Shown here piece by piece: positions 38,317 to 47,053 of a DNA stretch of 64,000 nucleotides. The notes beneath the pieces were generated by a model. That model worked only from the letters and a program-made list of their open reading frames with translations, was not told the DNA's origin and did no database searches. Source of the stretch: Acidobacteriota bacterium (lineage in GTDB: Bacteria > Acidobacteriota > Terriglobia > Terriglobales > Acidobacteriaceae); NCBI GenBank assembly GCA_003224855.1, contig QHZY01000011.1, forward strand, positions 2,602 through 66,601. The letters are read 5' to 3'. Position 1 is the stretch's first letter. Each line of letters opens with the position of its first letter. A program made the translations under genes and the position numbers.

Positions 38317-38419
38317 CTACGGAACCAGGCTGGCAAGCAATCTTACACATTAATTTCTGCCATACTTTCCCCACTCACCCTTTGGAGGATGTCTGAGCGA
38401 CTATCTGCTTTCGGTCATA

Positions 38420-39286
38420 TTGGGAATCATCGAGGGCCTGACCGAGTTTCTGCCGGTCAGTTCCACCGCCCACTTGCGTATCAGCGAATCGCTGTTGCAC
38501 ATCAGTCTCGCAAGCGGCTATTGGAAGATGTACACCATCGTTATCCAACTCGGCGCAATCCTGTGCCTGCCGGTCTATTTTCGCGAACGGATAGCGAAGT
38601 TCCTGGCCACCTTCCCGCGCGGAGAAAAAGCTGACCGCACATTTCTGACCCATCCTCTGGGCCTGACCATGGCTGCATTCGTCGTCACCGCCATCCCCGC
38701 TTTCCTGATGACAAAAATCATAGGCAAGCACCTTGAAAGTTTGTACGTCATGGGCAGTTCCCTGCTGATTGGCGGGATTGTGATGTGGCTGGTCGATGCA
38801 CTGAACAGTCGCTCGGAAGCCGCCGGCCCGTCTGGCGCTCCCGGCCGTATTCACACCTGGAAAATGGAAGCGATGAGCCTGGGGCAGGCGATCTGGATCG
38901 GCGCCTGCCAGATTCTCTCCGCGGTGTTTCCCGGAACCTCGCGCTCGATGTCAACCATTGCGGCCGGGCAGCTGGCCGGCATGTCGCGCGCTTCGGCACT
39001 GGAGTTCTCGTTTTTCTTATCCATTCCGACTATGGTGGCCGCCACCTGTTACGACCTGCTCAAATCCCTACGAGGCAAGGGTGAAAATCCAATTGGAGTC
39101 ACGGAAATCGATGCTCACGGCTGGATTGTTCTGGGAATCGGCTTCGTGATTTCGTTCATCGTCGCCTACGGCACGGTGGCCTGGTTCATGGCCTGGGTAC
39201 GCAGACGCGGCTTCGCCCCATTCGCGGTTTATCGAATAATGGTTGGAATCTTCGTTCTGATTTATGCCAGTAGATTAGCGAAATAA
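38420..39286 (+). CDS. uppP: undecaprenyl-diphosphate phosphatase
   Basis: EGLTEFLPVSSTAHL motif, PGTSRS motif, and 8 TM helices. The reported start is TTG 38420, but TM1-like sequence (SDYLLSVILG) continues in frame upstream with no canonical start. Confidence 0.85.
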   Translation: MGIIEGLTEFLPVSSTAHLRISESLLHISLASGYWKMYTIVIQLGAILCLPVYFRERIAKFLATFPRGEKADRTFLTHPLGLTMAAFVVTAIPAFLMTKIIGKHLESLYVMGSSLLIGGIVMWLVDALNSRSEAAGPSGAPGRIHTWKMEAMSLGQAIWIGACQILSAVFPGTSRSMSTIAAGQLAGMSRASALEFSFFLSIPTMVAATCYDLLKSLRGKGENPIGVTEIDAHGWIVLGIGFVISFIVAYGTVAWFMAWVRRRGFAPFAVYRIMVGIFVLIYASRLAK

Positions 39287-39541
39287 GCCCGGAACCACTG
39301 ACGCCATAATCGCGAGCAGGGCGATCAGCGGAATCGAAGACAAAAGAATAAGCCACACTCTTGCGGACTGGTCCTGTTCCGGCAATCCTATGCCGAGGCT
39401 CCTTCTCCTGTTCAGCTCTCGCTGTAACTCCTCGTCGCATTGGTCAAACCAGTACCGCACTTTGCCCCGCACTTTGCCCGCACTCTGCCCTGCTGTTATG
39501 AAAGACGCTTCATTGTTTCCGTAGTCAACTATGCGTTGCAA
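39275..39541 (-). CDS. hypothetical small protein with C-terminal TM helix
   Basis: 88-aa ORF with a C-terminal hydrophobic helix (VWLILLSSIPLIALLAIMASVV). It contains a 12-nt in-frame tandem repeat. Weak support. Confidence 0.35.
   Translation of the reverse strand: MQRIVDYGNNEASFITAGQSAGKVRGKVRYWFDQCDEELQRELNRRRSLGIGLPEQDQSARVWLILLSSIPLIALLAIMASVVPGLFR
39445..39480. repeat. 12-nt tandem repeat, 2 perfect plus 1 imperfect unit (ccgcactttgcc)
   Basis: Read directly. On the minus strand it encodes GKVR-GKVR inside the 39275-39541 ORF. Confidence 0.8.
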
Positions 39542-39713
39542 TTAGAGGATTCGTGTCTCCGCAGACACGCCGTCGCCGCTACACCACACTTCCGAAAGGC
39601 CGCCGCGAGTTAAAGCCAACGATCTCAGCAGGATAGCTTTGGCCTGCGTCATGCCATGTCTTCCACGACGGCGAACGCAAGTCTATCGCCCGGTGTCATT
39701 GATAGGAGGACTC

Positions 39714-39866
39714 ATGGAAACAGCAATCACCAGCATAACGGTGCTGGCAGGGATGGCTTTTTCGCTCGGAGTAGCCCTGCTGGTCGAAGAACTGATCTTC
39801 GGGAAGGTGTTCCCCCGAGTTTTCGTAAGGCAAACCGCGCCGGTGAAAGCCGGGGGACAGAACTGA
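39714..39866 (+). CDS. small single-TM membrane protein upstream of the SPFH gene
   Basis: GGAGGA lies 5 nt upstream of ATG 39714. The 50-aa product is METAITSITVLAGMAFSLGVALLVEELIF.... It ends 24 nt upstream of the SPFH gene, which has its own GGAGGA. Confidence 0.5.
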   Translation: METAITSITVLAGMAFSLGVALLVEELIFGKVFPRVFVRQTAPVKAGGQN

Positions 39867-39890
39867 GTTTGAGTTGCACAAGGAGGATCT

Positions 39891-41195
39891 ATGCTGTTCT
39901 TCAAATATTTACTGACGTGGAGCGGGGTCGCGATGATTGCGGTCGCGATCGCAATCCTGGGCTATGACGTTTACTTAATGCTTGAGTTCCGCAAGGCGCG
40001 CGCCGCAGGAGATCTCGGTGCTGTTCTGCGTCCCGTGCGCTGGAGAGCTGCCCTGGCATTGGCGCTGCTCGCATGGGCGCCGTTGCTGATTGCCACCGGC
40101 ATCGTGGTGGTCCCAAGCGGGATGGGTGGAGTGCGCGTGAGCCAGACCAGCGGCACGCTGGCAGGAACGCTTTATCCTGGCGCTCACTTGGTGGTTCCCG
40201 TCGTTGAGCGCGTGCAGCTGTTCGATACACGCGATGAGCTGTTCACAACCGGAGCGGTTGAAGGCGCGAAGGAGTCTAAGCGCGAGCCGCTGAAAGTGCA
40301 ATCGAAGGAAGGCCTCGATATCGGGCTGGCGATTACGGTTCGTTATCGGCTGGATGCGCGCCACCTCGACTACATTCAGGCCAACCTTCCCCAACCGGTT
40401 GAAAAAGAAATCGTGCCGGCGGTGGTGGCCAGCGCGTGGCGCGAAATAGTCCCGAATTACACGGTACGCGAAGTGTTTGCGACCCAGCGTGAACCGATCC
40501 GCAAGAAAGCGGCGGAGGTGATCGCGCAAAAGCTTGCGGCCGATGGAATCATGGTTAAGGAAGTGATGCTGCGCGATATACAGCTGCCGCTGGAGTACTC
40601 CAAAGGTCTTGAGAATTTACTTTTGAAAGAACAGGAAAACGACCAGATGGCGGTGCAAACCGAAATTCAGCAGAAACAGGTAAGGCTTTCGGAGCTCGAA
40701 GCGGAAGCCAGCAAAGTGCAGCAGGTGAAACAGGCGGAAGGGCAGGCCCAGGTGCGCGTGCTTCAGGCCAAGGGCGAAGCGGATGCCATGCAGTATACGT
40801 TGCCTCTGAAACAGAAGCAGATCGAGCAATCCAAACTGGAAGCAGAAGCGCGCAAGGAAGCGACGGTAAAGAATGCTGAGGCCATGGCCGAAGCCAAAGT
40901 GATCGACAGAAAGGCTGAGATGGAGCGCAGAAAACTGTTGTCCGCCGCGGAAGCCGATCGCATTCGCGTGACTGCCTCGGCGGACGCGGAGCGGATGAAG
41001 AGCGAAGGCGAGATGCTTAGGCAAAATCCGTTGCTGATCAACAAGATCGTTGCCGAGCGTCTCTCCGATAAGCTGCAGATCATGATGGTGCCGGCAGATG
41101 GAAAGTTCTTCTTCGCGAACGATGTATTGCGGAGCATGAGCGTGGCCAATCGGGCCAGCCAGGCTGAGCAGAGCGAACCTGCCCCGCAGAACTGA
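39891..41195 (+). CDS. SPFH/band-7 (prohibitin/flotillin-like) protein with long coiled-coil tail
   Basis: Two N-terminal hydrophobic segments, an SPFH core (…SKEGLDIGLAITVRYRLD…), and an extended Glu/Ala/Lys/Gln-rich coiled coil. Confidence 0.85.
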   Translation: MLFFKYLLTWSGVAMIAVAIAILGYDVYLMLEFRKARAAGDLGAVLRPVRWRAALALALLAWAPLLIATGIVVVPSGMGGVRVSQTSGTLAGTLYPGAHLVVPVVERVQLFDTRDELFTTGAVEGAKESKREPLKVQSKEGLDIGLAITVRYRLDARHLDYIQANLPQPVEKEIVPAVVASAWREIVPNYTVREVFATQREPIRKKAAEVIAQKLAADGIMVKEVMLRDIQLPLEYSKGLENLLLKEQENDQMAVQTEIQQKQVRLSELEAEASKVQQVKQAEGQAQVRVLQAKGEADAMQYTLPLKQKQIEQSKLEAEARKEATVKNAEAMAEAKVIDRKAEMERRKLLSAAEADRIRVTASADAERMKSEGEMLRQNPLLINKIVAERLSDKLQIMMVPADGKFFFANDVLRSMSVANRASQAEQSEPAPQN

Positions 41196-41204
41196 TGAAG
41201 GAGG

Positions 41205-41229
41205 CAGCGGGGCTGTCGCAGCCCCGCTG
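41205..41229 (+). terminator. strong GC hairpin after the SPFH gene (terminator-like, no U-tract)
   Basis: CAGCGGGGCTG-TCG-CAGCCCCGCTG: perfect 11-nt inverted arms 10 nt after the stop. It lacks a T-run, so its function is uncertain. Confidence 0.35.
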
Positions 41230-41261
41230 TAACCACAAAGAGCACTGTACCGCGCCACGTC

Positions 41262-42506
41262 ATGAACATCCAGACCTATAATTCGGCCATAGCAAAGAAC
41301 ACGAAAAGATGGCTTCGGCTCGCGTGTTTCATCTGCGTAGCGAATCTCGCAGTGGCAGTCGCCTGGGCGCAAGATTTCACAGCGCCGGAGACAGCCCTCG
41401 CGGAAAAGATCGTTGCACTAACCGGTCCCGGAGCAATCAATCTGAGCGTTACCAACCGCTCGACGCTTCGCACCCAGACGGTAGATGAAATACGACGCGG
41501 CCTGCTGACCGAACTCGCGTCGCGAGGAGCACGATTTGTTTCGCCGGAGCAAGCTGCCGCGGTGGTTGAGGTTTATCTCTCCGAGAATCAGCAGGAGTAT
41601 TTGTGGAGCGCGCGCATCCAGCAAGGCGTAAATGCGCCGGCCATCGTGATGGTCTCACTCCCGCGGCCCGCCGGTCCTCCACTGGGGAGTGAGAAAGCCC
41701 AACTTCGAATCATAAAGACGCTGCTGTGGTCGCAGCAAAAACCAATCCTGGATGCGGGAACGATCGACGCCAATCCACCGCATCTGGTGGTGCTCAGTCC
41801 GGATAGCATTGCGCTTTACCGCCCGCAGGGTGATCACCCGCAACTGGAGCAGATATTGCCGATCACCCACCGGCGCCCCTGGCCTCGGGATATTCGTGGA
41901 CGACTCTTATTGGGCAAAGAGCAGCTTCTACAAGCCTATCTGCCCGGAGTCACATGTCAGAGCGGCGTCAGCACTCCGCTCGCTTTGAATTGCCGTGAAA
42001 GCGATGATCCCTGGCCGGTCGGTACCGATCAATTCAGCCTCAACGCATTCTTTTCTCCGACTCGGAATTTCTTTACCGGCGCGCTGTCTCCCTCTGTTGG
42101 CAAACAGAACCTGGCCCCTTTTTATACAGTCGCCGCCGTGCTACGCGAGAGATACACGCTTTGGCTCACAGCAGGAGTGGACGGCCAATTACATCTGGTC
42201 GACGGAATGGCAGACCAGACGATCGGCAAACTGCGCTGGGGCAGTGATATTGCGGCTTTAAGGAGTGCTTGTGGTTCGGGTTGGCAGGTGGTTGCCACGA
42301 GCACGAGTGAAAACGATGATTCGATACGTGCCTTCGAGATTGTCGATCGAAGCCCCGTCCCGGTCAGCGAACCCCTGGCCTTCAATGGAAGCATTACAGC
42401 TCTGTGGAGCGATCCCGGCGGTTCTCGCGCAGTTGCAGTGAGCCGTAGCAAAACGACAGGATTTTATGAGGCGTATCGGATTAGCATTGCTTGTGATGGC
42501 CGTTAG
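41262..42506 (+). CDS. hypothetical secreted protein, first gene of the sensory operon
   Basis: Signal peptide (WLRLACFICVANLAVAVAWAQ). 414 aa with no motif recognised. Confidence 0.55.
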   Translation: MNIQTYNSAIAKNTKRWLRLACFICVANLAVAVAWAQDFTAPETALAEKIVALTGPGAINLSVTNRSTLRTQTVDEIRRGLLTELASRGARFVSPEQAAAVVEVYLSENQQEYLWSARIQQGVNAPAIVMVSLPRPAGPPLGSEKAQLRIIKTLLWSQQKPILDAGTIDANPPHLVVLSPDSIALYRPQGDHPQLEQILPITHRRPWPRDIRGRLLLGKEQLLQAYLPGVTCQSGVSTPLALNCRESDDPWPVGTDQFSLNAFFSPTRNFFTGALSPSVGKQNLAPFYTVAAVLRERYTLWLTAGVDGQLHLVDGMADQTIGKLRWGSDIAALRSACGSGWQVVATSTSENDDSIRAFEIVDRSPVPVSEPLAFNGSITALWSDPGGSRAVAVSRSKTTGFYEAYRISIACDGR

Positions 42507-43812
42507 TCCGGCCTGGACGCATTCCGCGAACGCGGCAGTTCGTCCTCGCTATGGCGGAACTCTGCGCGTTGCTATTCAGGCCGCACCGCTGTCGATCGAC
42601 CCAAACGATTCCGTGCAGGCTAATTCGGTGTCTTTACCGAGTGTGTCGCGGCTGATTTTCGAAACTCTCGTCGTTATTGATGAACACGGAGAACCTCAGC
42701 CCTGGCTGGCTTCTTCCTGGCAAGCCGAGCCTGGAAATCAGCGCTGGCAATTTTCGATTCCGCGCGGAGTGACTTTTTCTGACGGTTCTCCCCTCACCCC
42801 GGATACAGTTGCCGCCTCGCTGCGGAGCGCTAATCCGAAATGGAAAATATTCCCCGCAGCTGACGCGGTAATGATCGAATGTGAAGTTGCTGATCCTTTT
42901 TTGCCGGCTGAACTGGCCCAGACGCGTTACGGAATCGCAAAGCGCGATCAACCATTGCGAGGGACTGGCCCGTTCGCGATCAAAGAATGGAGTCCCGGAA
43001 AAAAACTCATCTTGATTGCTCGCGACGATTATTGGAGCGGGCGCGCCTTCGTAGATTCAGTCGAAATAGAACTTGGCAAAGCTGCGCGAGATCAGATGAT
43101 CGCCCTGGATGTCGGTAAGCTCGACCTGTCTGAAGTCAGCCCAGAAACAGCATCCGTTGCCAACGATCGTCACATTGAACGCTCTCTTCCTGTGCAGTGG
43201 GTGGGGCTGGTTTTCGCCCCAGCTGAAGCCAGATTACGGGAGGCGCTTGGGTTGAGCATCGACCGCGCCACCATCAATAACGTTCTGCTGCGCGGCTCGG
43301 GAGAAGTCACAGGCAGCTTCTTGCCGGAATGGATGTCGGGCTACAGTTTCTTGTTTCCGGTCAGCAGAAATTTGGATCGTGCTCGACAGCTGACAAGCGA
43401 GACAAGAGCTTCGGGCGCATGGTCACTAAGCTTTGATTCAAGCGATCCGCTGCTCCGGCTGATTGCGGAACGAATTGTTTTGAATGCGAAGGATGCCGGC
43501 CTTTCACTCCAGCTCTCGAACGCATCTTCCGCGGATATCACTCTGGTGCGGTTGATGCCTGCTTCCACTGAGCCGCACATCGCGCTTGGAAATCTGCTGG
43601 CGAGGCTGGGATTTCCTGCTCCAACCTTCGAGAATGCCTCGCCTTCAGCTCTCTACGCTGCCGAGAAGGCAGCACTTGAATCACAGCGCGTCCTTCCGCT
43701 ATTTCACTTGCGATCGACAGTAGCTTTAGGCGCCGCTTTACGCGATCTGCAACAAACAGACAGTGGAGTATGGAGGCTGGATAATGTCTGGTTGTGGGCT
43801 GGCACACCGTGA
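42466..43812 (+). CDS. family-5 (peptide/nickel type) solute-binding-protein homologue
   Basis: Signal peptide followed by RYGGTLRVAIQAAPLSIDPND, which is typical of SBP_bac_5 proteins. No ABC permease or ATPase genes are nearby. Confidence 0.7.
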   Translation: MRRIGLALLVMAVSPAWTHSANAAVRPRYGGTLRVAIQAAPLSIDPNDSVQANSVSLPSVSRLIFETLVVIDEHGEPQPWLASSWQAEPGNQRWQFSIPRGVTFSDGSPLTPDTVAASLRSANPKWKIFPAADAVMIECEVADPFLPAELAQTRYGIAKRDQPLRGTGPFAIKEWSPGKKLILIARDDYWSGRAFVDSVEIELGKAARDQMIALDVGKLDLSEVSPETASVANDRHIERSLPVQWVGLVFAPAEARLREALGLSIDRATINNVLLRGSGEVTGSFLPEWMSGYSFLFPVSRNLDRARQLTSETRASGAWSLSFDSSDPLLRLIAERIVLNAKDAGLSLQLSNASSADITLVRLMPASTEPHIALGNLLARLGFPAPTFENASPSALYAAEKAALESQRVLPLFHLRSTVALGAALRDLQQTDSGVWRLDNVWLWAGTP

Positions 43813-45608
43813 GCTTCCGCCGAAAGCTGCTGATCTTTTTTGCGCTGACGGCTTTTCTTTCAGTAGCGACGGTCACGTGGTTCGTAATATCCGTGACTCG
43901 GAAATCATTCGAACAGATCAACAACGATCAGGCTGCTGCCCTGGTTGCGCAGTTCCGGCGCGAATTCGACCGTAAGGGAGAAGATATCGCGCGACGCGTC
44001 CAGGCCGCCGCCAGCACCGAAACAGCCACTCGAATTGCGCTCGCGCTCGGACGCGGCACACCTGACTACAGAAAATTCATCCACGACGCTCATGATCTGG
44101 CAGAAAATCAGCAGCTTGATTTTCTGGAGATAATCGATGCGGAAGGCACGATTCTGTCATCTGCTCAATCCCCTGCTCGCTTCGGGTATAAAGATACTTT
44201 CCTGCCAGCCAGCCTGGGTGTGACACAGCCCATTCTGCGACAAGAAGAGTTGCCGAGCGGCTCGGTGCTTGCATTGGAAGTGATTCGAAGCGTTGATAAC
44301 GGAGAGAAGCCCCTGTTCATGATTGGCGGAGGGCCTGTGGATTCGAAATTTCTTGCCAGCCTCGACGTTCCCACAGACATGTCTGCAGCGCTCTACCAGA
44401 ATTCTTCAAAAGAATTTTCTCCGGCGCTGCTGGTGGCCCGTTCCGGCAACTTTCCGACTGCGGAAAAGATTTCTGGCCTTGTTGATCGGGCGCGTGGCGC
44501 TCATCAGAACGCCAGCGTGGCCCTGGAGGGCAATCAAATCTGGCATGCTATTCCTTTGGACGGCGCTGACGGATCCATCCCCGCAATTCTCTTAATTGGA
44601 AGCTCGCGCCAGCCCTATCTGGAGTTACGGCAACACATCACTTCGGTAGCGGTGCTGGCGGCGACGGCCGGAGTGATTCTGGCGATTCTTTTCAGCAGCC
44701 TGATCGCGAGAAGTGTTACCAGGCCGATTGAGCAACTGGAAGCAGCGGCGCGCGAGGTATCCTTGGGAAACTGGCACACCCAGGTTCCAGTCACATCTTC
44801 CGATGAATTGGGCGCATTGGCTGAATCCTTCAATCAGATGACAAGCGAACTGCTCTCGCAACGCGATCGCCTCATCCAGGCAGAACGCGTCGCTGCATGG
44901 CGAGAACTGGCCCGCCGACTGGCCCATGAACTCAAGAACCCGCTGTTCCCTCTGCAGCTTACAGTGGAAAATCTGCTGCGCGCCAAGCAGCGCAGCCCGC
45001 AAGAGTTTGAAGAAGTCTTTGCCGAAAGCTCAACTACGCTTCTGGCCGAAGTTTCAAACCTCAAAAACATTATTTCGCGCTTCGGCGAATTTTCGAGAAT
45101 GCCGCAGCCAAATTTTCAGTTGCTGGACGTCAATAACCTGATGCGCGAAGTTGCGCGTCTTTTTCAGGCACAGTTTGCTGAACGCGGCGAAGTCCAATGC
45201 GAGATGAAGCTTGATGACTCCGTGCCGCAGATTGCGGCCGACCCCGATTTGCTGCATCGCGCGCTTGCGAACCTGGTTTTAAACGCCATCGACGCCATGC
45301 CCAGCGGCGGCAGGCTCAGGCTGACAACTCAGAAACAAGCCGGCGGCGTGCAGCTTGAGATCAGCGATTCTGGGACGGGCCTCACGTCTGAAGAGCGAGA
45401 CCGCCTTTTTACACCGTATTACACGTCAAAGGCGCACGGCACGGGGCTGGGGCTTGCGATCGTGCAATCCATCGTCAGCGATCACCAGGGAAAGATTGAA
45501 GTTCAGAGTCAACCGGGCAGAGGCTCCACTTTTCAAATCGAGCTTCCCGCGAATCTGGACAAATTGCAACCTGAACCCGCCCGCCATTCGGCGACTACCC
45601 CAGGTTGA
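43809..45608 (+). CDS. sensor histidine kinase (two TM helices, periplasmic domain, HAMP, HisKA, HATPase; NtrY-like layout)
   Basis: H-box LAHELKNPL, N-box LVLNAIDA, and G-boxes DSGTGL and GTGLGLAIV. GTG 43809 overlaps the SBP stop as GTGA; GTG 43794 is an alternative start. Confidence 0.85.
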   Translation: MSFRRKLLIFFALTAFLSVATVTWFVISVTRKSFEQINNDQAAALVAQFRREFDRKGEDIARRVQAAASTETATRIALALGRGTPDYRKFIHDAHDLAENQQLDFLEIIDAEGTILSSAQSPARFGYKDTFLPASLGVTQPILRQEELPSGSVLALEVIRSVDNGEKPLFMIGGGPVDSKFLASLDVPTDMSAALYQNSSKEFSPALLVARSGNFPTAEKISGLVDRARGAHQNASVALEGNQIWHAIPLDGADGSIPAILLIGSSRQPYLELRQHITSVAVLAATAGVILAILFSSLIARSVTRPIEQLEAAAREVSLGNWHTQVPVTSSDELGALAESFNQMTSELLSQRDRLIQAERVAAWRELARRLAHELKNPLFPLQLTVENLLRAKQRSPQEFEEVFAESSTTLLAEVSNLKNIISRFGEFSRMPQPNFQLLDVNNLMREVARLFQAQFAERGEVQCEMKLDDSVPQIAADPDLLHRALANLVLNAIDAMPSGGRLRLTTQKQAGGVQLEISDSGTGLTSEERDRLFTPYYTSKAHGTGLGLAIVQSIVSDHQGKIEVQSQPGRGSTFQIELPANLDKLQPEPARHSATTPG

Positions 45609-45617
45609 GGAGCAAGC

Positions 45618-46997
45618 GTGTCGCAAAAAGCACACCTTCTGATCGTCGACGATGAGGCCAACACGCTGGCTTCTCTCTCGCGTGCCTTTCGTCTGGCCGG
45701 ACAGGAAGCGACCGTTTGCGGCAACGCAGTCAAGGCTTTGGACCTGGCTCGTGCGCAGCAATTCGATCTCATTCTTTCAGACGTTGTCATGCCGGGCAAA
45801 GACGGACTGTGGCTGCTTGAAGAACTCAAAGCACAAGGCGTGACTACTCCAATCGTCATGATGTCGGGGCAGGCGCACGTTGAAATGGCCGTTCGCGCGA
45901 CTCGCCTGGGAGCCCTCGATTTTCTCGAGAAGCCGATTTCCACGGACAAGCTGCTGCTCACGGTCGAGAATGCTTTGAAGCTTCAGCGCCTGGAAAATGA
46001 AAACCGGCAGCTTAAACGCCGACTGGGCAAACACCAGATCGTCTGGACCGGCGAAACAATGCGTAAACTCATGGCCCAGATCGAGCGGGTCGCGGCCAGC
46101 GAAACTCGCGTCTGCATTCTTGGCGAAACAGGAACCGGCAAAGAACTGGTGGCGCGCACGCTGCACGACAAAAGCCAGCGTTCGTCTGGACCGTTCATCA
46201 CTTTAAATTGCGCCGCTGTACCTTCAGAACTGATCGAATCTGAATTGTTTGGCCATGAAAAAGGTTCGTTTACCGGCGCTGCATCTCGCCACCTCGGGAA
46301 ATTCGAGCAGGCCAACAACGGAACGCTGTTCTTGGACGAAATTGGCGACATGCCTCAGCCCATGCAGGCCAAGCTTCTGCGTGCGCTTGAAGAAGGTGAG
46401 GTCGAGCGGATCGGATCCGATAAACCTGCATCAGTAAATGTCCGAGTTATCGTAGCCACTCACCGCAATCTGGAGGAAGCTGTCCGCAATAGCAAGTTTC
46501 GGCAGGACCTTTTTCACCGGATCTATGTTTTTCCCATTCAGTTGCCGGCATTGCGTGAGCGCCGCGAAGATATCCCCGGCCTGGTTGATCACTTTGCGCG
46601 CGAGGTTTGCGCGCATAACAACTGGAAGCCCGCCGAGTTCAGCGCCGATGCGATTGAAGCGTTGCAGTCGTATGCCTGGCCGGGCAACGTGCGCGAATTG
46701 AGAAACGCGATCGAACGTGTCATCCTGCTCACCAGCAACGGCCAAGTCACGGCCGACACTGTTCGTCTGGCGCTTCCGCAGAATGCGTCTCCACCGGTGT
46801 CATTCGGTTCCGGTTCGATGGCCGACCGGGTGCAAGCCTTCGAGCGCGAGGTGCTGCTCGCGGAGTTGAAGCGCCACGATTATCACGTTACCAACGTCGC
46901 CAAAGCGCTTGGCCTGGAACGAAGCCACATTTACAAAAAAGCCGAACAGCTCGGTCTCGATCTGCGCTCGCTGCGCCACCAGAGCGAAACTACGTAG
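45618..46997 (+). CDS. sigma-54-dependent response regulator (REC-AAA+-HTH, NtrC/NtrX family)
   Basis: REC domain (LLIVDDE, DLILSDVVMPG), Walker A GETGTGKE, sigma-54 contact motif GSFTGA, and a C-terminal Fis-type HTH. Confidence 0.9.
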   Translation: MSQKAHLLIVDDEANTLASLSRAFRLAGQEATVCGNAVKALDLARAQQFDLILSDVVMPGKDGLWLLEELKAQGVTTPIVMMSGQAHVEMAVRATRLGALDFLEKPISTDKLLLTVENALKLQRLENENRQLKRRLGKHQIVWTGETMRKLMAQIERVAASETRVCILGETGTGKELVARTLHDKSQRSSGPFITLNCAAVPSELIESELFGHEKGSFTGAASRHLGKFEQANNGTLFLDEIGDMPQPMQAKLLRALEEGEVERIGSDKPASVNVRVIVATHRNLEEAVRNSKFRQDLFHRIYVFPIQLPALRERREDIPGLVDHFAREVCAHNNWKPAEFSADAIEALQSYAWPGNVRELRNAIERVILLTSNGQVTADTVRLALPQNASPPVSFGSGSMADRVQAFEREVLLAELKRHDYHVTNVAKALGLERSHIYKKAEQLGLDLRSLRHQSETT

Positions 46998-47053
46998 GTC
47001 CTAAGTTCCTGCCCGGATTCTGATATAGTTTTTGCGCCTTTGAGGTGTGTCCC

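Noticed and set aside
40617-41372. 251-aa minus-strand ORF
   Set aside because: It lies antisense to the coiled-coil region of the SPFH gene. Its low-complexity Leu/Arg/Phe-rich translation is typical of a shadow ORF in GC-rich repetitive coding sequence.
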